Assembly (NCBI RefSeq): GCF_001194135.2 | Contig: NC_068991.1 | Coordinates: forward strand, 20,847,389-20,911,388 | DNA: 64,000 bases | DNA from: Octopus bimaculoides | Taxonomy: Eukaryota | Direction of reading: 5' to 3' | In this document: in pieces, positions 52,049-64,000 of the stretch | Layout of the letters: the number at the start of each line of letters is the position of its first letter | Position numbering within the stretch: position 1 is the first letter of the stretch | Translations under genes and position numbers: made by a program | The notes under the pieces: model-generated | What the model was told of the DNA's origin: nothing | The model's input: the letters and a program-made list of their open reading frames with translations, nothing else | Databases searched by the model: none

Positions 52049-52374
52049 GGTCGTATCACTGTGTAGGTATGTGTGTGTATGTGTCTGTGTTGTTGTTAAT
52101 ATTAATTGTTATTGATGTTGTTGTTGTTGTCGTTGTTATTAATGTTTGTTGTTATAATATTTGTTCTCCTGTTGTTGTTGTTTGCTGTCTTTCGTTTGTT
52201 TGTGTGTATTTCTTTTTTTTTCTTTTTGTTTAATTTCGAAAATATAATTCCCCCAATGCGTTTACTTTCGGTGATAAATATAAACATGCCGATAGACAAC
52301 GGAGACAACGACCGGACAACACAGCTCCTGGACACACTGCTGATGTAACAGTTTTCCAACTCAAATTTGCCAAC

Positions 52375-52430
52375 ACGACGGCAGCCATCTTGGGACTCCA
52401 CTCACGTCATCCTGTGCGCATGCGCACTAA
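52375..52430 (-). promoter_or_regulatory. Putative TRIP11 core promoter: YY1-type, CRE-like and NRF1-type motifs
   Basis: Minus-strand CAAGATGGCTGCC (about 52379-52391), TGACGTGA (52402-52409) and palindromic TGCGCATGCGCA (52415-52426) cluster about 350 nt upstream of the ATG. This is typical of a housekeeping promoter. Confidence 0.65.
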
Positions 52431-53089
52431 TGTCGTCTGCTTAGGAAAAAAAAAGAGACAGAGTTATCTTCTTTTAGTTTTCTCTTTACCATTTATTCCT
52501 ATAACTTTCTGTCATTCTCTTGCTCTTTGTTATTATTATTTTCGCTTGTTTTCTCTACTAATTTTTTCTAGGCTTTCTCTCGAATAGTTCATTCGTTCAT
52601 TCATTCATTGTTTTTGTCTTTCAAACGGACTCACACGTTCACTTTTCAACGCTTTCACACACACACATACATACCTACACTCTCCTGTCACATATGAAAC
52701 AACGCACGCAATGTAACATCTCTCTCTCTCTCTCTCTTTCCACTTTTATCTCTCTCCAACTCTCGCATTATCTTTCTCTGAATCTCTCAGTCTCACTCAT
52801 TAACTTTTACACTCGTATTACTCTTTCTCTCACTCCCTCCCTCCCACTTTGGCTAACTTTTGCACACTTACTTCTCTCTCTCTTACTAACCATTCCGCAT
52901 TTACCTCTTTCTCTTTTTTCCTCAGACTTCTTTTCTTTTCTGTCTCTTTCTCTCTCCATCTCTTTTGTTTTCTTGTTCTTTCAATCTATATCACTCTTGC
53001 TTTGCTTCTCTCTAACTCAATCTCTCTGTCACAATCTCTCTCTTTCTTTTCCTCTTCCCTCTCTTTCTCTCTCTGCGTTTCCCTTGAAT

Positions 53090-53890
53090 AATCCACTTAT
53101 TGAATGGGGAGGATGCGCAAAATCGAGAAACAACTGATGCGATCATACTCCAGTGTAAATTACGGAATAAAGTGATCTTATAGAGAAAATTAGCATTTGA
53201 GGAATCGTCACCAATGTTCAAGGGGGAAAATTGTTGACATGGACAAGTGATGCGTATGAAAGACTTCTGTAAGATGAAGAAACAAACAACCGAAATAGTA
53301 GTCTGCAAAATAGCTGATCTCGGGTTGGTAAACTTCACGAAGATGATGGCAATGGAGTGCAACATACAAGCATATATGGGTACAGGACATCATAAAAAAA
53401 ACGTTAAACACAATGAGAAACGAAAACATAAAGACGAAGAGAGAAAACGAACTTTTTTTGAACAACGAAAAAAAATAATAAACAGAGCAACGAGACATGC
53501 AACATAAAGAATATTACCCTTCTTCAGTTGTCCCTGCTCCATCTACTCCGCGTTTCGAAGGCAAGAACAATACGCGACTTCGTTGGAGCAATCTTCCTAC
53601 ATTACCACTGCAATAATAGTTCCTATATTTCTGTACCAACAACTCACATATATCTCATCCATTGAAGCCTCCTCATATACTCCTCTTATTTTTTTAATCA
53701 CCACCTCCGTTGCATCTTAGAATTCTTCCACTCACACAGATCTCTGATTCAATCTCTTTTCCAGTCATTCGATCATATTTCTCTTCTTCAGATATCGATC
53801 GAAAGATGGTCAAACTGGACATTGATTTCTCCAGTCTGGTGGAATCCGAAAAATCAAGAGTACTGGTCATTCCCAATCTGACTAACAGAT
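53090..53890. mobile_element. Old, rearranged RTE-like RT fragments upstream of TRIP11
   Basis: Minus strand has EEEKYDRM (~LEKAYDRV), IKKIRGVYEEA and GTII...EDCSNEV. Plus strand has RKLAFEE and HGQVMRMKD (~WYGHVMRM). All are degenerate. Confidence 0.4.
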
Positions 53891-54106
53891 AAACAAAACA
53901 AACCTTTTTCATGTACTCACAACACATTCGCCCTTTCTTTCTCCCACCCACTTTCTCTGTGTCTACTTCTATCTCTTTCTTTCCCTCCCTCCCTCTCTCT
54001 TTTACGTTTCCGTCCAAGAAAATTTTCATCTCATGGGAAATGGAGTGACCAGTTAAACAAGATTTGTTTTTGTCACACTCACTCATAGGTTGACACACGC
54101 ACACGC

Positions 54107-54140
<34 letters not shown>

Positions 54141-55445
54141 GCACCACATGCATACACTCACCTTTATATTTTCATGCATACATGTATACTTATTACCTGT
54201 ATGCGTATGTGTGTGCGCACACACACGCATACGTACACACACACACACACACAGCCAATACCGCTTACTCGAATAATCTGGTTAATTGCATAGCTTTCAA
54301 AAAAATACTTTTAGTATCAAATCAATAATTGGAAGATATTTTTCCTTCGATTCTGATTAAAGAAAGTGGTAAACCATGTCATTAAACCGGACATTTTATA
54401 TGCATAAATTAAAATTGGACTCCTATGTTTTATTTCCCCAATAAATACTACAGAGTATTCAGAGTGTTGCGTGCGCATAAAATATATATTGTTTAGTATG
54501 TTGTTTAGTTAATGATGAGCCATCAAAAGTTTATATATGATTTGGAGCTATCTACAACGGTGTTAGCTTAATTTATGACTATTTTATGACTACATGGTCA
54601 ATGATTATTCAGTGTTATTGATTGTTGAGGGCGCATAACCTAGAAGCAAGGGTGTTGCATTCACGATCGTGGAATCCTGGGTACGATTCCCGGACCGGGC
54701 GGTGCGTTGCGCAAAACAATTCATGGGCTAGAGTAGCAAAGAGTGGGATATGTGTATTTTGTGTACGTACCACTAACTTTTTCTGTATTCTGCGATCACT
54801 TTGACATCTGACGTATAGGTAACGTCGATTTGATGGATGGAGTGAGTTAATGTACAGTAAGGATATTTGATCACTATAATCACATCATTTGTGTTGGTTG
54901 TTCAGTAATATATTACAGAAGCGCCTTTCTCGGACCCAAGAGACTACCATACATTTCTATTAGCTGTTGATTGAGTAAGGAAGATGGATACATCTTCTCT
55001 GAGGAGCGGTCATCAAAGCGTGAAACGGTCTGTCAAGAGACTCCCACACGTTAATTTTTCTGCACATCGAAAAGCTGGGAGGAATGTGTTTACATTATTC
55101 TTCACACACAACTAGGTATCATAATTACACCCCTTCCCCCACACATGTATTTATGTGTGGATGGATGGAAGGATGGATGGGTGTTTCGTAGAACAAAGAG
55201 GGAAACTAGTATCAAATACATAAACATGTACATGTATGCGCGTATGTTTATGTATGCGTGTGTATGTATGTTTGTATGCATGTATTTATGTATGTATGTA
55301 TGTATATATGTCATTCAGCTTTATTTCATGATTTCTTGCCAATAGAGAAAGAGCCGGTTTCTAACCTAGATCCAAGGCTCTTTCATTGGAATTTCAACAT
55401 CAACAACAGGGTATGTATGTATGTATGTATGTATGCATGTATATG

Positions 55446-55880
55446 AACAGATTTCTATGTTTTGTTTAATGTATATCTCATGCATATACTTGTATATCTA
55501 GATATGCTCATATATACATAAATGATAAACCTCTCGAAAGTTTTACAGATTTTTACAGTTCCAGTGATGGATTGGGTCTATAGTCTTCAAATCAACTTTC
55601 TCCTTTCGGGTTTTGAGAACCCTAATTTATCAAATTTGGTATTTAGGCAGTATTACATATCCCAGGATACCAACAATTACAGGCTCAAACCTGAACTTGT
55701 AATCTGGATAGAGTAACTGCAGATTTCTCAACAGTTCAGCGTAGGTATACTCTTTTTCACAGATCTTCAGCTTTATGTTAACATCCGCTGAGCAGCTAAT
55801 TTCCACAACTGTACGCAGTTTCTCTTCTCTATCCCAAATCATTATATCGGGTCTGTTGTGCGTACATTTTATTGAGGTTT
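55446..55880 (-). mobile_element. RLE-type non-LTR retrotransposon 3' fragment flanked by (TACA)n
   Basis: ORF 55630-55908 has KCTHNRPDIMIWDRE..VVEISC..EKE..Y..L...GILG. It continues after a frameshift to ...GTVKICKTF. (TATG)n tracts lie at 55411-55445 and 55881-55903. Confidence 0.8.
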
Positions 55881-57794
55881 TATGTACGTATGTATGTATG
55901 TACATCAACGAAAAAATCCACTGAAATCCGTGAATGTAGCAGGATTATTTTCCCGAGCGTCAAACTAATATACTTTCTCGTTGTTCATACACTTGTCTTC
56001 GTCATTTGTTTTTCTAGAAATTTCAACAATGTATGTATGAATGTATGTATGTATACAAGTGAAGGAGTATGGTTTAGTGGTTAGTGTATTCGGATCACGA
56101 TTGTAAGGTCGTGAGTTCAATACCCGGCAACCCATTGTGTTCTTGAGCAAGACACTTTATTTCACGTTGTTCCACAACGAGTTGTGCCTGTATTTCAAAG
56201 GGCTAGCCTAGTCACCTTTTGTGTCACGCTGAATCCCTATGAGAATTATGTTAAGTATACACGTGTCTATAGAGTGCTCAGCCACTTGCACCCTAATTTC
56301 AAGAGCAGGCCGTTCCGTTGANNNNNNNNNNNNNNNNNNNNNNNNNNNNNNNNNNNNNNNNNNNNNNNNNNNNNNNNNNNNNNNNNNNNNNNNNNNNNNN
56401 NNNNNNNNNNNNNNNNNNNNNNNNNNNNNNNNNNNNNNNNNNNNNNNNNNNNNNNNNNNNNNNNNNNNNNNNNNNNNNNNNNNNNNNNNNNNNNNNNNNN
56501 NNNNNNNNNNNNNNNNNNNNNNNNNNNNNNNNNNNNNNNNNNNNNNNNNNNNNNNNNNNNNNNNNNNNNNNNNNNNNNNNNNNNNNNNNNNNNNNNNNNN
56601 NNNNNNNNNNNNNNNNNNNNNNNNNNNNNNNNNNNNNNNNNNNNNNNNNNNNNNNNNNNNNNNNNNNNAGTGGTGGTGGTGGTGATGGTGGTAGTAGTAG
56701 TGGTGGTGGTGATGGTGGTGGTAGTAGTACTGGTGGTGGTGGTGGTGGTGGTGGTAGTAGTAGAAGTAGTAGTAGTAGTAGTGATGGTGATGGTGGTGGT
56801 GGTGATGGTGGTGGTGGTAGTAGTAGTGGTGGTTGTAGTAATAGTAGTAGTAGTAGTAGTGGTGGTGGTGATGGTAGTGGTAGTAGTAGTAGTAGTAGTA
56901 GTAGCGGCGGCGGCGGGGGCAGCAGCAATAGTAGTAGTAGTAGTTCTTCTTCTTCTTCTTCTTCTTCTTCTTCTTCTTCTTCTTCTTCAGATCAGCTGTC
57001 CAACATTGTATATCATAGCAATTCGAACAGGTGAAAGAAAGCTGTTTATTTGTTTTTGGAAAAAGAAAAAAAAGAGAAAAAGAAAAAGAAAAAGAAAGAG
57101 AATCACGATAAAAGAAGGGAAAGAAAAGAAGAGAAAAGAAAAAGTAATGATGACGGTAGCAATAATAATAATAATAATAATCCTTTCTACTATAGGCATT
57201 GTAGTAGAAGTGAACCAGTGGGTTAAATCGACACCAATGCTCAACTGATAATCATTTCATCGATCCCCAAGGATGAAAGTCAATGTCGACTTTGGCCTAA
57301 TTTGAACTCAGAACGTAAAGATTAAAGAAATGCCGCTAAGCATTTTTTTTCCGGTGTGCTAACAATTCTGTCTGTTCACTGCCTTAATAACAACAACGAC
57401 GACGAACTTGATGATGATGATGATGATGATGCCCTGCTGCAGTACTACGTAGTGGCTCTCATGGTTTCTGATCTTAACTGATTGGAAGTGTTATCATGTA
57501 CATTGTTTTGTCTTGGTATAAAAGATGGGCTACAACAAATATTCTGCCCAATACCACAGATTTGCTTGTCAGTTGTTTGAACATAACCAGTTGAGCATGT
57601 CCCTTGGTGGCTGACGATATGTGCATCTCTGATCACGAGCAGAAGTAGCGGGAGAACATCATAACTATGTGTTGAAAGGAATTTTGTGGGGTTTGGATAA
57701 TTCACCATTGGAAACATGGGTGTTTCGTTCAACAACCTTAAACAACCCTTATTCAGGGATCTTTTGAGCGAGATGGGCTACTCGACCTGAAGTT

Positions 57795-58468
57795 ATAGTC
57801 GCTCAGAAACAAGCCTTTAGAGCAAACCTGATAAAGGCAAAGATCAACAAAACCCAGTCAGATAGCAAATGTAAAATCTGCAGGAAAGGACACTAAAATA
57901 TCAATCACCTTTTAAGTGAGTGATGTATACTAGCACAAAGAGAATGCAAGCGCAGACATGACTGTGTATGCAAAAGAGTGCATTGGGATGTTAGCCGAGT
58001 GTATGGCTTTAGAACAACAGAAAAGTGTTATGGACATGAACCAGAGGCTGTGATAGAAATGAGAATTACAAGATCCTGTGGGACGTCACCATAAAGACTA
58101 ACCATACTATTGAGGCAAGGAGAACAGACATGATTATTGAGGACAAACATAAATCAAATGGTGTAATCTCACAGAAATTGCAATTTATAGTAGAGTCGTC
58201 GATGCCAAAGAAATTTTTAAAATTGAGAAATATCATGATTTAACCAGAGCTAAGACAGTGGAAGACCAAGTAGTAACTGGTGCACTTGTCACAACACCCA
58301 AAATGCTACCTAAAAGACTGAAGGAAATTAGAAATGAAATTCACATTGCCGACCTGCAGGAAAGTACCATCCTATATTCCGCAAGAATTCTATGAAAAGT
58401 TCTTGTGATTTTATGACACTTGTTGCCAAGCCTCAACATACAATACCTAAATTATCATGTACTAGCAA

Positions 58469-58470
<2 letters not shown>
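57795..58470 (+). mobile_element. Degenerate RLE-type non-LTR retrotransposon 3' part (CCHC knuckle + PD-(D/E)xK nuclease) ending in (TAA)n
   Basis: Frameshifted SKCKICRK..NINHLLS.C..LAQRE.KRRHD, KILWDVTIKTNHTIEARRTDMII, EKYHDL, GAL. Followed directly by (TAA)n. Confidence 0.8.
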
Positions 58471-58526
<56 letters not shown>

Positions 58527-58697
58527 GGCGTAGGAGTGGCTGTGTGGTAAGTAGTTTGCTTACGAATCACTTGGTTCCGGGTTCAGTCCCACTGCGTGGC
58601 ACCATGGGCAAGTGTCTTCTACTATAGCCTCGGGCCGACCAAAGCCTTGTGAATGGATTTAGCAGACGGAAACTAAAATAAGCCTGTCGTATATATG

Positions 58698-58728
<31 letters not shown>

Positions 58729-58938
58729 ATGTTTGTGTGTCTGTGTTTGTTCCCCCCTCCCCAACATCGCTTGACAACCGATGGTGGTGTGTTTACGTCA
58801 CCGTAACTTAGCGGTTCGGCAAAAGAATCCGATAGAATAAGTACTAGGCTTACAGAGAATAAGTCCTGGGGTCGATTTGCTCGACTAAAGGCGGTGCTCC
58901 AGCATGGCCACAGTCAAATGACTAAAACAAGTAAAAGA

Positions 58939-58941
<3 letters not shown>
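58527..58941 (+). mobile_element. tRNA-derived SINE family A, full-length, with internal (TA)n(TG)n
   Basis: Head GGCGTAGGAGTGGCTGTGTGGTAAG...GGTTCAGTCCC. Other copies: 5750-5922+, 19760-19883+, 20918-21237-, 23395-23560+, 28010-28628+, 41925-42300-, 62814-63223- and further fragments. Confidence 0.9.
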
Positions 58942-58982
<41 letters not shown>

Positions 58983-59099
58983 CGGTACAAAAGAGATTGT
59001 TACAAAACAAAAGCACAGAGGAGTTTGGAGCATGTGCTCAGATTTACAAAAACAATCAGGTAACAGTAAAATTTTAAACAAAATTTTCCTATAGAGAAA

Positions 59100-59530
59100 A
59101 AACCTTTGAGTACTGTCCGTAGAAAGTCCTCAAAAAGCACCCTCCCTATTCAGTCCGCCAATCTAAAAGCGCATGTTTCACTTGAATCATGTTGACCACT
59201 CTCAACCACCTTTCAGCACATATTCTGGAAGTCAATACTTCCCTCTCTGTCCTCAGTTTCCTTTAAAACGAAACCTGAAATAGTTGATAAGGGCTGGCCC
59301 AAAGTGGAAAGTGTCTGCTTTCAGCCCTTTCAGTGTCATTCACTACACAGTCTCTTTCGCTATGTAATGACCTTCAAACAGATGAAAATGCCTGCCCTTC
59401 ACAGCGAAATAAAAGTGACGGGGCGGTCTTCCCACTGAACTAAGCTGACAACCAGGTCTGTCTCACATGTGACAGAATCAGGTCGACATAAACCCACAAG
59501 TCATCTACGCTCAGGCACAAGACGGTTGCG
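59100..59530 (-). mobile_element. Decayed Tx1-like LINE 3' end
   Basis: Frameshifted LKADTFHFGPALINYFRFRFK...EVLTSRICAERWLRVVNM resembles recalled Tx1-type C-termini. Confidence 0.5.
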
Positions 59531-60789
59531 ATGTATTTTCTAAGCACATATATAAGATTTCAAATTGATTTTCATTTATTCTAGTTTTCTTTAGCGTTAC
59601 TCTCTTTCTAAACCTTATTAATTCTACTCAAGTAGCCCTTTTTTAAGGCGAATCATCAATTGTTGTTGACGACTGCCCCTGTCCCCGCCCGTGTAAGTAG
59701 TTTGCTAATCTAGTTTGTATGCTTTTCATATCGAAAACGATGCGTTCAGCTTCCAGTAACTGGGGCCCGACCTTCGAAACTAATCTAGATAGACCTTACA
59801 GATGACAAATTTGTAGTCTGTGTAACTGACCATTTTAAATCTTGAGAGACCTACACTATCACTGGCTTTTGACCAACAGATGCTCTATCTAGATACAATC
59901 TTGATGATCTGAGCTGTTTGTCTATGTCTACATTGGTACATTCTGGAAATCCGGCTGGACAGTTGGAAAAGCCTGAGCAGGTTCTGAGACTTTCCCTGCT
60001 TCTTCTAAAGGTTGACTTCACACAGTCCAAGCGAGCATGCAGCAAGGCGATCTCAGGTTATGTGCAGAAAACCAAGGTAACACGTATGTGGTGACACAAA
60101 TCATCTCAAGACATGTCGTGTGGCAAAGATGACAAGGAAGAAACCAAATGTCACAAAGTAATCAACAAGAAAAAAGGAAAAGAAACGCCGACAAAAAAGC
60201 TGTTATGCTCAAACAGACGGAATAACTACGTCCAAACAATGACACGCAAATACCAAATGAATCAAGTTCATCAACAACACCAATACTATCAACACCATCA
60301 TTACCATCGCATACACCACCACCACAATGACTGCTACGTACACAACCAACATCACAAACACTAGTACAACTGAATTCGAACCAAAATCAACAACTACAAG
60401 TACAATAACACACGCAAAGAAACATAAGTTATACGACCATATATACAAATAAGAAAGAACTAATAAATCGCATAAGACAACAGCACACACGCGCGCGCGC
60501 ACATTCATACTACGCTTCATGATTACATGTTACCAACAACTAATATACCAACACATTTACAAATTCTGAAAATAACCCAAGTAACTTACAGCCAACTTAA
60601 AACAAAATGTCTCAACGGAATAGGAAACTTCTAGGGAACAATGAAAAAAAAATAATATAAAAACTTAATAATGGAGACACGCATAAGCCTAAAGGTTGGA
60701 ACACCAATCATTCCACTGCAATAAGTTATGTAGAATTTTCTTACTATCCTACGTCTGTATAACATTGCCTTAAAATAGGAAGGGTAAAT

Positions 60790-61860
60790 ACCGCCTGCTT
60801 ATCACTTCAGATCATTAGGTATAGATGTGGTGGTCATCAGCGGGGCCAGAATTTCTAAGCCACCGACCTTCGCACACATTTTCGGTGGATACAGGTCTAC
60901 TCATCTCCAAGTCAACCAGGATTAAAAGGCGAGCGTACTGCATTAATCCGGAAACGTTTGGATTTCACGATATCAACCGTCTTCTTGGATTCAGAAATTA
61001 AGTTGGCAGTACTCAATGTGGCCAGCAGCAAAGGCAATTCACTCAGACTAATAGTTGTCTCCGGTTCAGCAAGGGCCAAGCGACCATATTTCCTTAAGCG
61101 TCTAGGGTGTTTCTTGTGAACGTTCCATTTCTTAGTGCTAGTGGGAGAATGGAATGTTAACTTTTATGCACGATTGGACTGTGAATTTAGACATTTTAAG
61201 ATGGGTTGCAAGTCTCACAAATGTGCTCAAACGTTTCCAACTTTCTGACTGGTATCGGCTGGATTTCTCGAATATGCCAATGTTGGTATGGATACACAGC
61301 ATCTAGTTATCCTGATTGCATTTATATAGAGTATTCTATAGCGAGGGATGGCACAAGTCATCCATAGTTTAAAATCGTCTGGTACACAGATCACAAATTT
61401 GTGATCTGTACAGTTGATATAGATAGGGTTGGTAGGCAAGGAACTGGTTACTGGAAGCTGGACACGTTGCTTCCAATGGGCCAAACTTACAGAGACCAGG
61501 TTAGAGAACTAGCTAAGCGGACGTTGATGGGGGCAGTTGTCAAACACAAACGGTTAATTGACCTCAAAAAGTCGAATAAAACAGATTTGATAAGGTTTAA
61601 TTAGAAAGTAATGATAGAAAAAACTAGAATTCGGGGAAACCTATGTAAGAATCTTAGAGAAGACACTTAGAATAATCATTGCAATTTGCTCGCGGTGAAA
61701 TTGGTCCCTGATCAAGTCTTCAGCGCAATGCACGAAGGCTGTGCTCTCAGAGCTAAGGTGCATACTCTAAGACACGAGGAGACGAAAGCCATTTGATGGG
61801 CTCGAGTAGCAGAGTTGTAGCGTGGCAACAAATTCGCAATTCTATCTTTCGTGGACTATG
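60790..61860 (+). mobile_element. Decayed L1/Tx1-clade LINE endonuclease region
   Basis: TDHKFVICTVDIDRVGRQGTGYWKLDTLL resembles SDH...GPGYWKLN..LL at the end of the L1/Tx1 APE domain. Confidence 0.7.
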
Positions 61861-61899
61861 ATGGAAGAGGAAAAAAATTCTTTTCCATATTCTTAATCT

Positions 61900-62255
61900 C
61901 CGTATTTTCTCACGTAGATTAAAAAGAAAATTGAAAAAAGGTAAAAATTTGAAAATTTAGGTGAGAGGGAGAATTTGAAATTTTGCAAACATGTTTTTGT
62001 TTTTGCATATTCAGAAACTCTGTCATTGAAAGCATAGGAATCCGCTGAAAAGAAAAAAATCGATAAGATCGATTGTGGGGAGGGGGGGACTACACCCCAA
62101 CATATGGGCAAGAGCCCAAATTTGCCCCCCCCCGCCGTCCTACTAGAACCTTCCCCGATGAATGAAAAACCTTCATGCCAAATTTGGTACAGATTGATCC
62201 AGCGGTTTGACCGTGCATAGAGGAGACACACAAACACACACACACACACAGAGTG

Positions 62256-62336
<81 letters not shown>

Positions 62337-62470
62337 ATGCACACACACATACACATACTGAAATATGATTAGGATAAAAAAACTTGTACGTCCACAGTTC
62401 ATTCCATTTTCTGTTATTCACACACACACACAGAGGCATATACACATGTATGTCTATATTATACTGGTAG
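61900..62470 (+). mobile_element. Possible non-autonomous Helitron-like repeat with internal microsatellite
   Basis: CCTTCATGCCAAATTTGGTACAGATTGATCCAGCGGTTTGACCGTG followed by (CA)n resembles recalled Lep1/HINE-type elements. The termini were not verified. Confidence 0.35.
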
Positions 62471-63739
62471 GTAGGGTAAAATCCCAGCTGTTTCCTCTTG
62501 AAGCACATCTTATTCTATTACTGCAATCCGTTTGTGTTGATGGAAAGTATATATCAAAGTTGAAAATATTGCTTGCAGAGTTATTGTATAACAAAACAGG
62601 AAGTTGGAAAATCTTTTGGTATCATTTACTCCCCATTACTCGTGTTTCGCTTACTAATAGGAATTACAGAAGTTTGCATGTTAGATAAAAATGTAAGACA
62701 TATCCTCTTAGAAATTGAATAGATGATTAAATAACATTATTTAATTTCTGTGTCTGAAGAGTTACTAATAGGAAATTACTTACATGATTATCTAACATGT
62801 AACACTCTGTAATTACTCTTTTACTCGTTTCAGTCATTTGACTGTGGCCATGCTGGAGTACCGCCTTTTAGACGAGCAAATCGACCCCAGGACTTATTCT
62901 TTGGAAGCCTAGTACTTATTCTATCGGACTCTTTTGCCGAACCGCTAAGTTACGGGAACGTAAACACACCACCATCGATTGTCAAGCGATGTTGGGGAGG
63001 GGGGAACAAACACAGACACACAAACATATACACACACACACACATACATATATATATATACATATATAAGACGGGCTTCTTTCAGTTTCCGTCTACCAGA
63101 TCCACTCACAAGGCTTTGGTCGGCCCGAGGCTATAGTAGAAGACACTTGCCCAAGGTGCCACGCAGTGGAACTGAACCCGGAACCATGTGGTTGGTAAGT
63201 AAGCTACTTACCACACAGCCACTGTTTAATGAATGATTTAATTTTTCTGTCTGAAGAATTTCTATTTGGAAATTCCTTACATGTCTATCTAATATTTAAA
63301 ACTCTGTAATTCCTATTATCAAATGAAACACGTGTAATTGTGAAAAAATGATACCAATAAATTTTACAATTTTCCGTTTTCCAGATGAAGCTATTGTTAC
63401 TCAGGTACCCAACTATGAGTCCACTTCATTTTACAACAGACACAGCTCTAAGTTAACGATGTTCATCAGATGATCGGTTATTCCTTTGCCATCTTCTTAT
63501 TATCATTCTGTACTCGACTAACGCTTCCTCCTGAAGCATGTGTATTTTGAGTTCTACCCCAGGTTATTAGTCACATGCAATGCCTAAGTGGAGCTTCCAG
63601 CTATATAGATGCTGTCCGGCACTTTCAATCACTATTGATGTCAACTGAATTTTTCCTTTTTGGTTTTATATTACGTCTAGCCACCATTATTATTTTGCGC
63701 GAGCGCGCATGCATACATACATACATACATACATACATG

Positions 63740-64000
63740 ATGCCCGTCCACTCGTGACCGAGGAAGACCATTGCCGACCTTCAGGAACATTGTGCGCTCT
63801 AGGACTAACTTATATTTTGCATTTGCGGCTCCGTTGGTGGCTAATAAGCCCTGCTCTTGACAAGCATACACAACTGCAAACATTGCAGACCAAGCTTTCC
63901 CCATTCACTATAGGGGGTTCCTATAAGGTTGTTATCCACCCCTGATTGGAACTCTCCCGTATGACATGTACGCATGCTCAGTGACTTGCTTTAACTTCCG
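63740..64000 (-). mobile_element. RTE-type LINE 3' end with (TATG)n tail
   Basis: One frame encodes CNVCSCVCLSRAGLISHQRS*, the terminal zinc-finger-like motif of RTE. A short UTR follows, then a microsatellite. Confidence 0.65.

Noticed and set aside
52430-53090. Possible divergent gene from the TRIP11 promoter
   Set aside because: Only a CT-rich tract and repeat relics follow, and no plus-strand exon is supported.
53247-53507. ORF with VVCKIADLGL, resembling a protein-kinase DFG/DLG segment
   Set aside because: No HRD or other kinase motifs, no convincing splice context and upstream in-frame stops. The flanking HGQVMRMKD and RKLAFEE fit a decayed RTE C-terminus better.
53736-53881. 146-nt open minus-strand segment with a good acceptor and GTGAGT donor, as a possible extra exon
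   Set aside because: It lies upstream of the promoter cluster and the translation resembles a degenerate RT (EKYDRM ~ EKAYDRV). Treated as LINE relic; RNA-seq could overturn this.
54992-55039. CTGAGGA...GAAACGGTC hammerhead-like string
   Set aside because: Stem I does not pair at the junction and stem II is only 3 bp with a G-U closing pair.
62634-63330. Direct and inverted AT-rich repeats around the SINE at 62814-63223, with CTGAAGA..GAAA
   Set aside because: Too degenerate to call as a ribozyme or TSD; probably an old inverted-repeat element split by the SINE.
1-64000. CRISPR arrays, rRNA or genuine tRNA genes, operon-like systems
   Set aside because: This is eukaryotic intronic DNA. All tRNA-like sequences are SINE heads lacking full cloverleafs, and there are no regularly spaced repeat-spacer arrays.

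Overview
This is eukaryotic, AT-rich genomic DNA with dense microsatellites and about 5-6 kb of assembly N-gaps. The SINE and LINE families and the (TA)n/(CA)n/(CAT)n/(TAA)n load look cephalopod, probably Octopus; that is inferred from recalled repeat families, not a database search. One host gene is supported: TRIP11/GMAP-210 (golgin) on the minus strand. It has a promoter near 52.4 kb and coding exons 1-4 (52048-51955, 46508-46432, 36835-36725, 26231-26099), all with GT-AG junctions and compatible phases. The rest of the gene is not visible. Almost everything else is intronic or intergenic repeat: at least five SINE families, RTE, Tx1/L1, CR1-like and RLE-type LINE fragments, Tc1/mariner, hAT and piggyBac-type relics, and a Penelope-like element. 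Most listed ORFs are microsatellite or N-gap artefacts. The most notable signal is a Penelope-associated unit in TRIP11 intron 3: a tRNA-derived Pol III head, (AAT)n, then a minimal type I hammerhead ribozyme. The hammerhead repeat occurs four times in tandem and inverted arrangement, two of them directly behind the tRNA head, and there are several unrelated solo hammerhead-like motifs elsewhere. Other notable signals are an RLE retrotransposon apparently targeting (TACA)n, a templated insertion inside a transposase relic, and inverted SINEs closely flanking exons 3-4.
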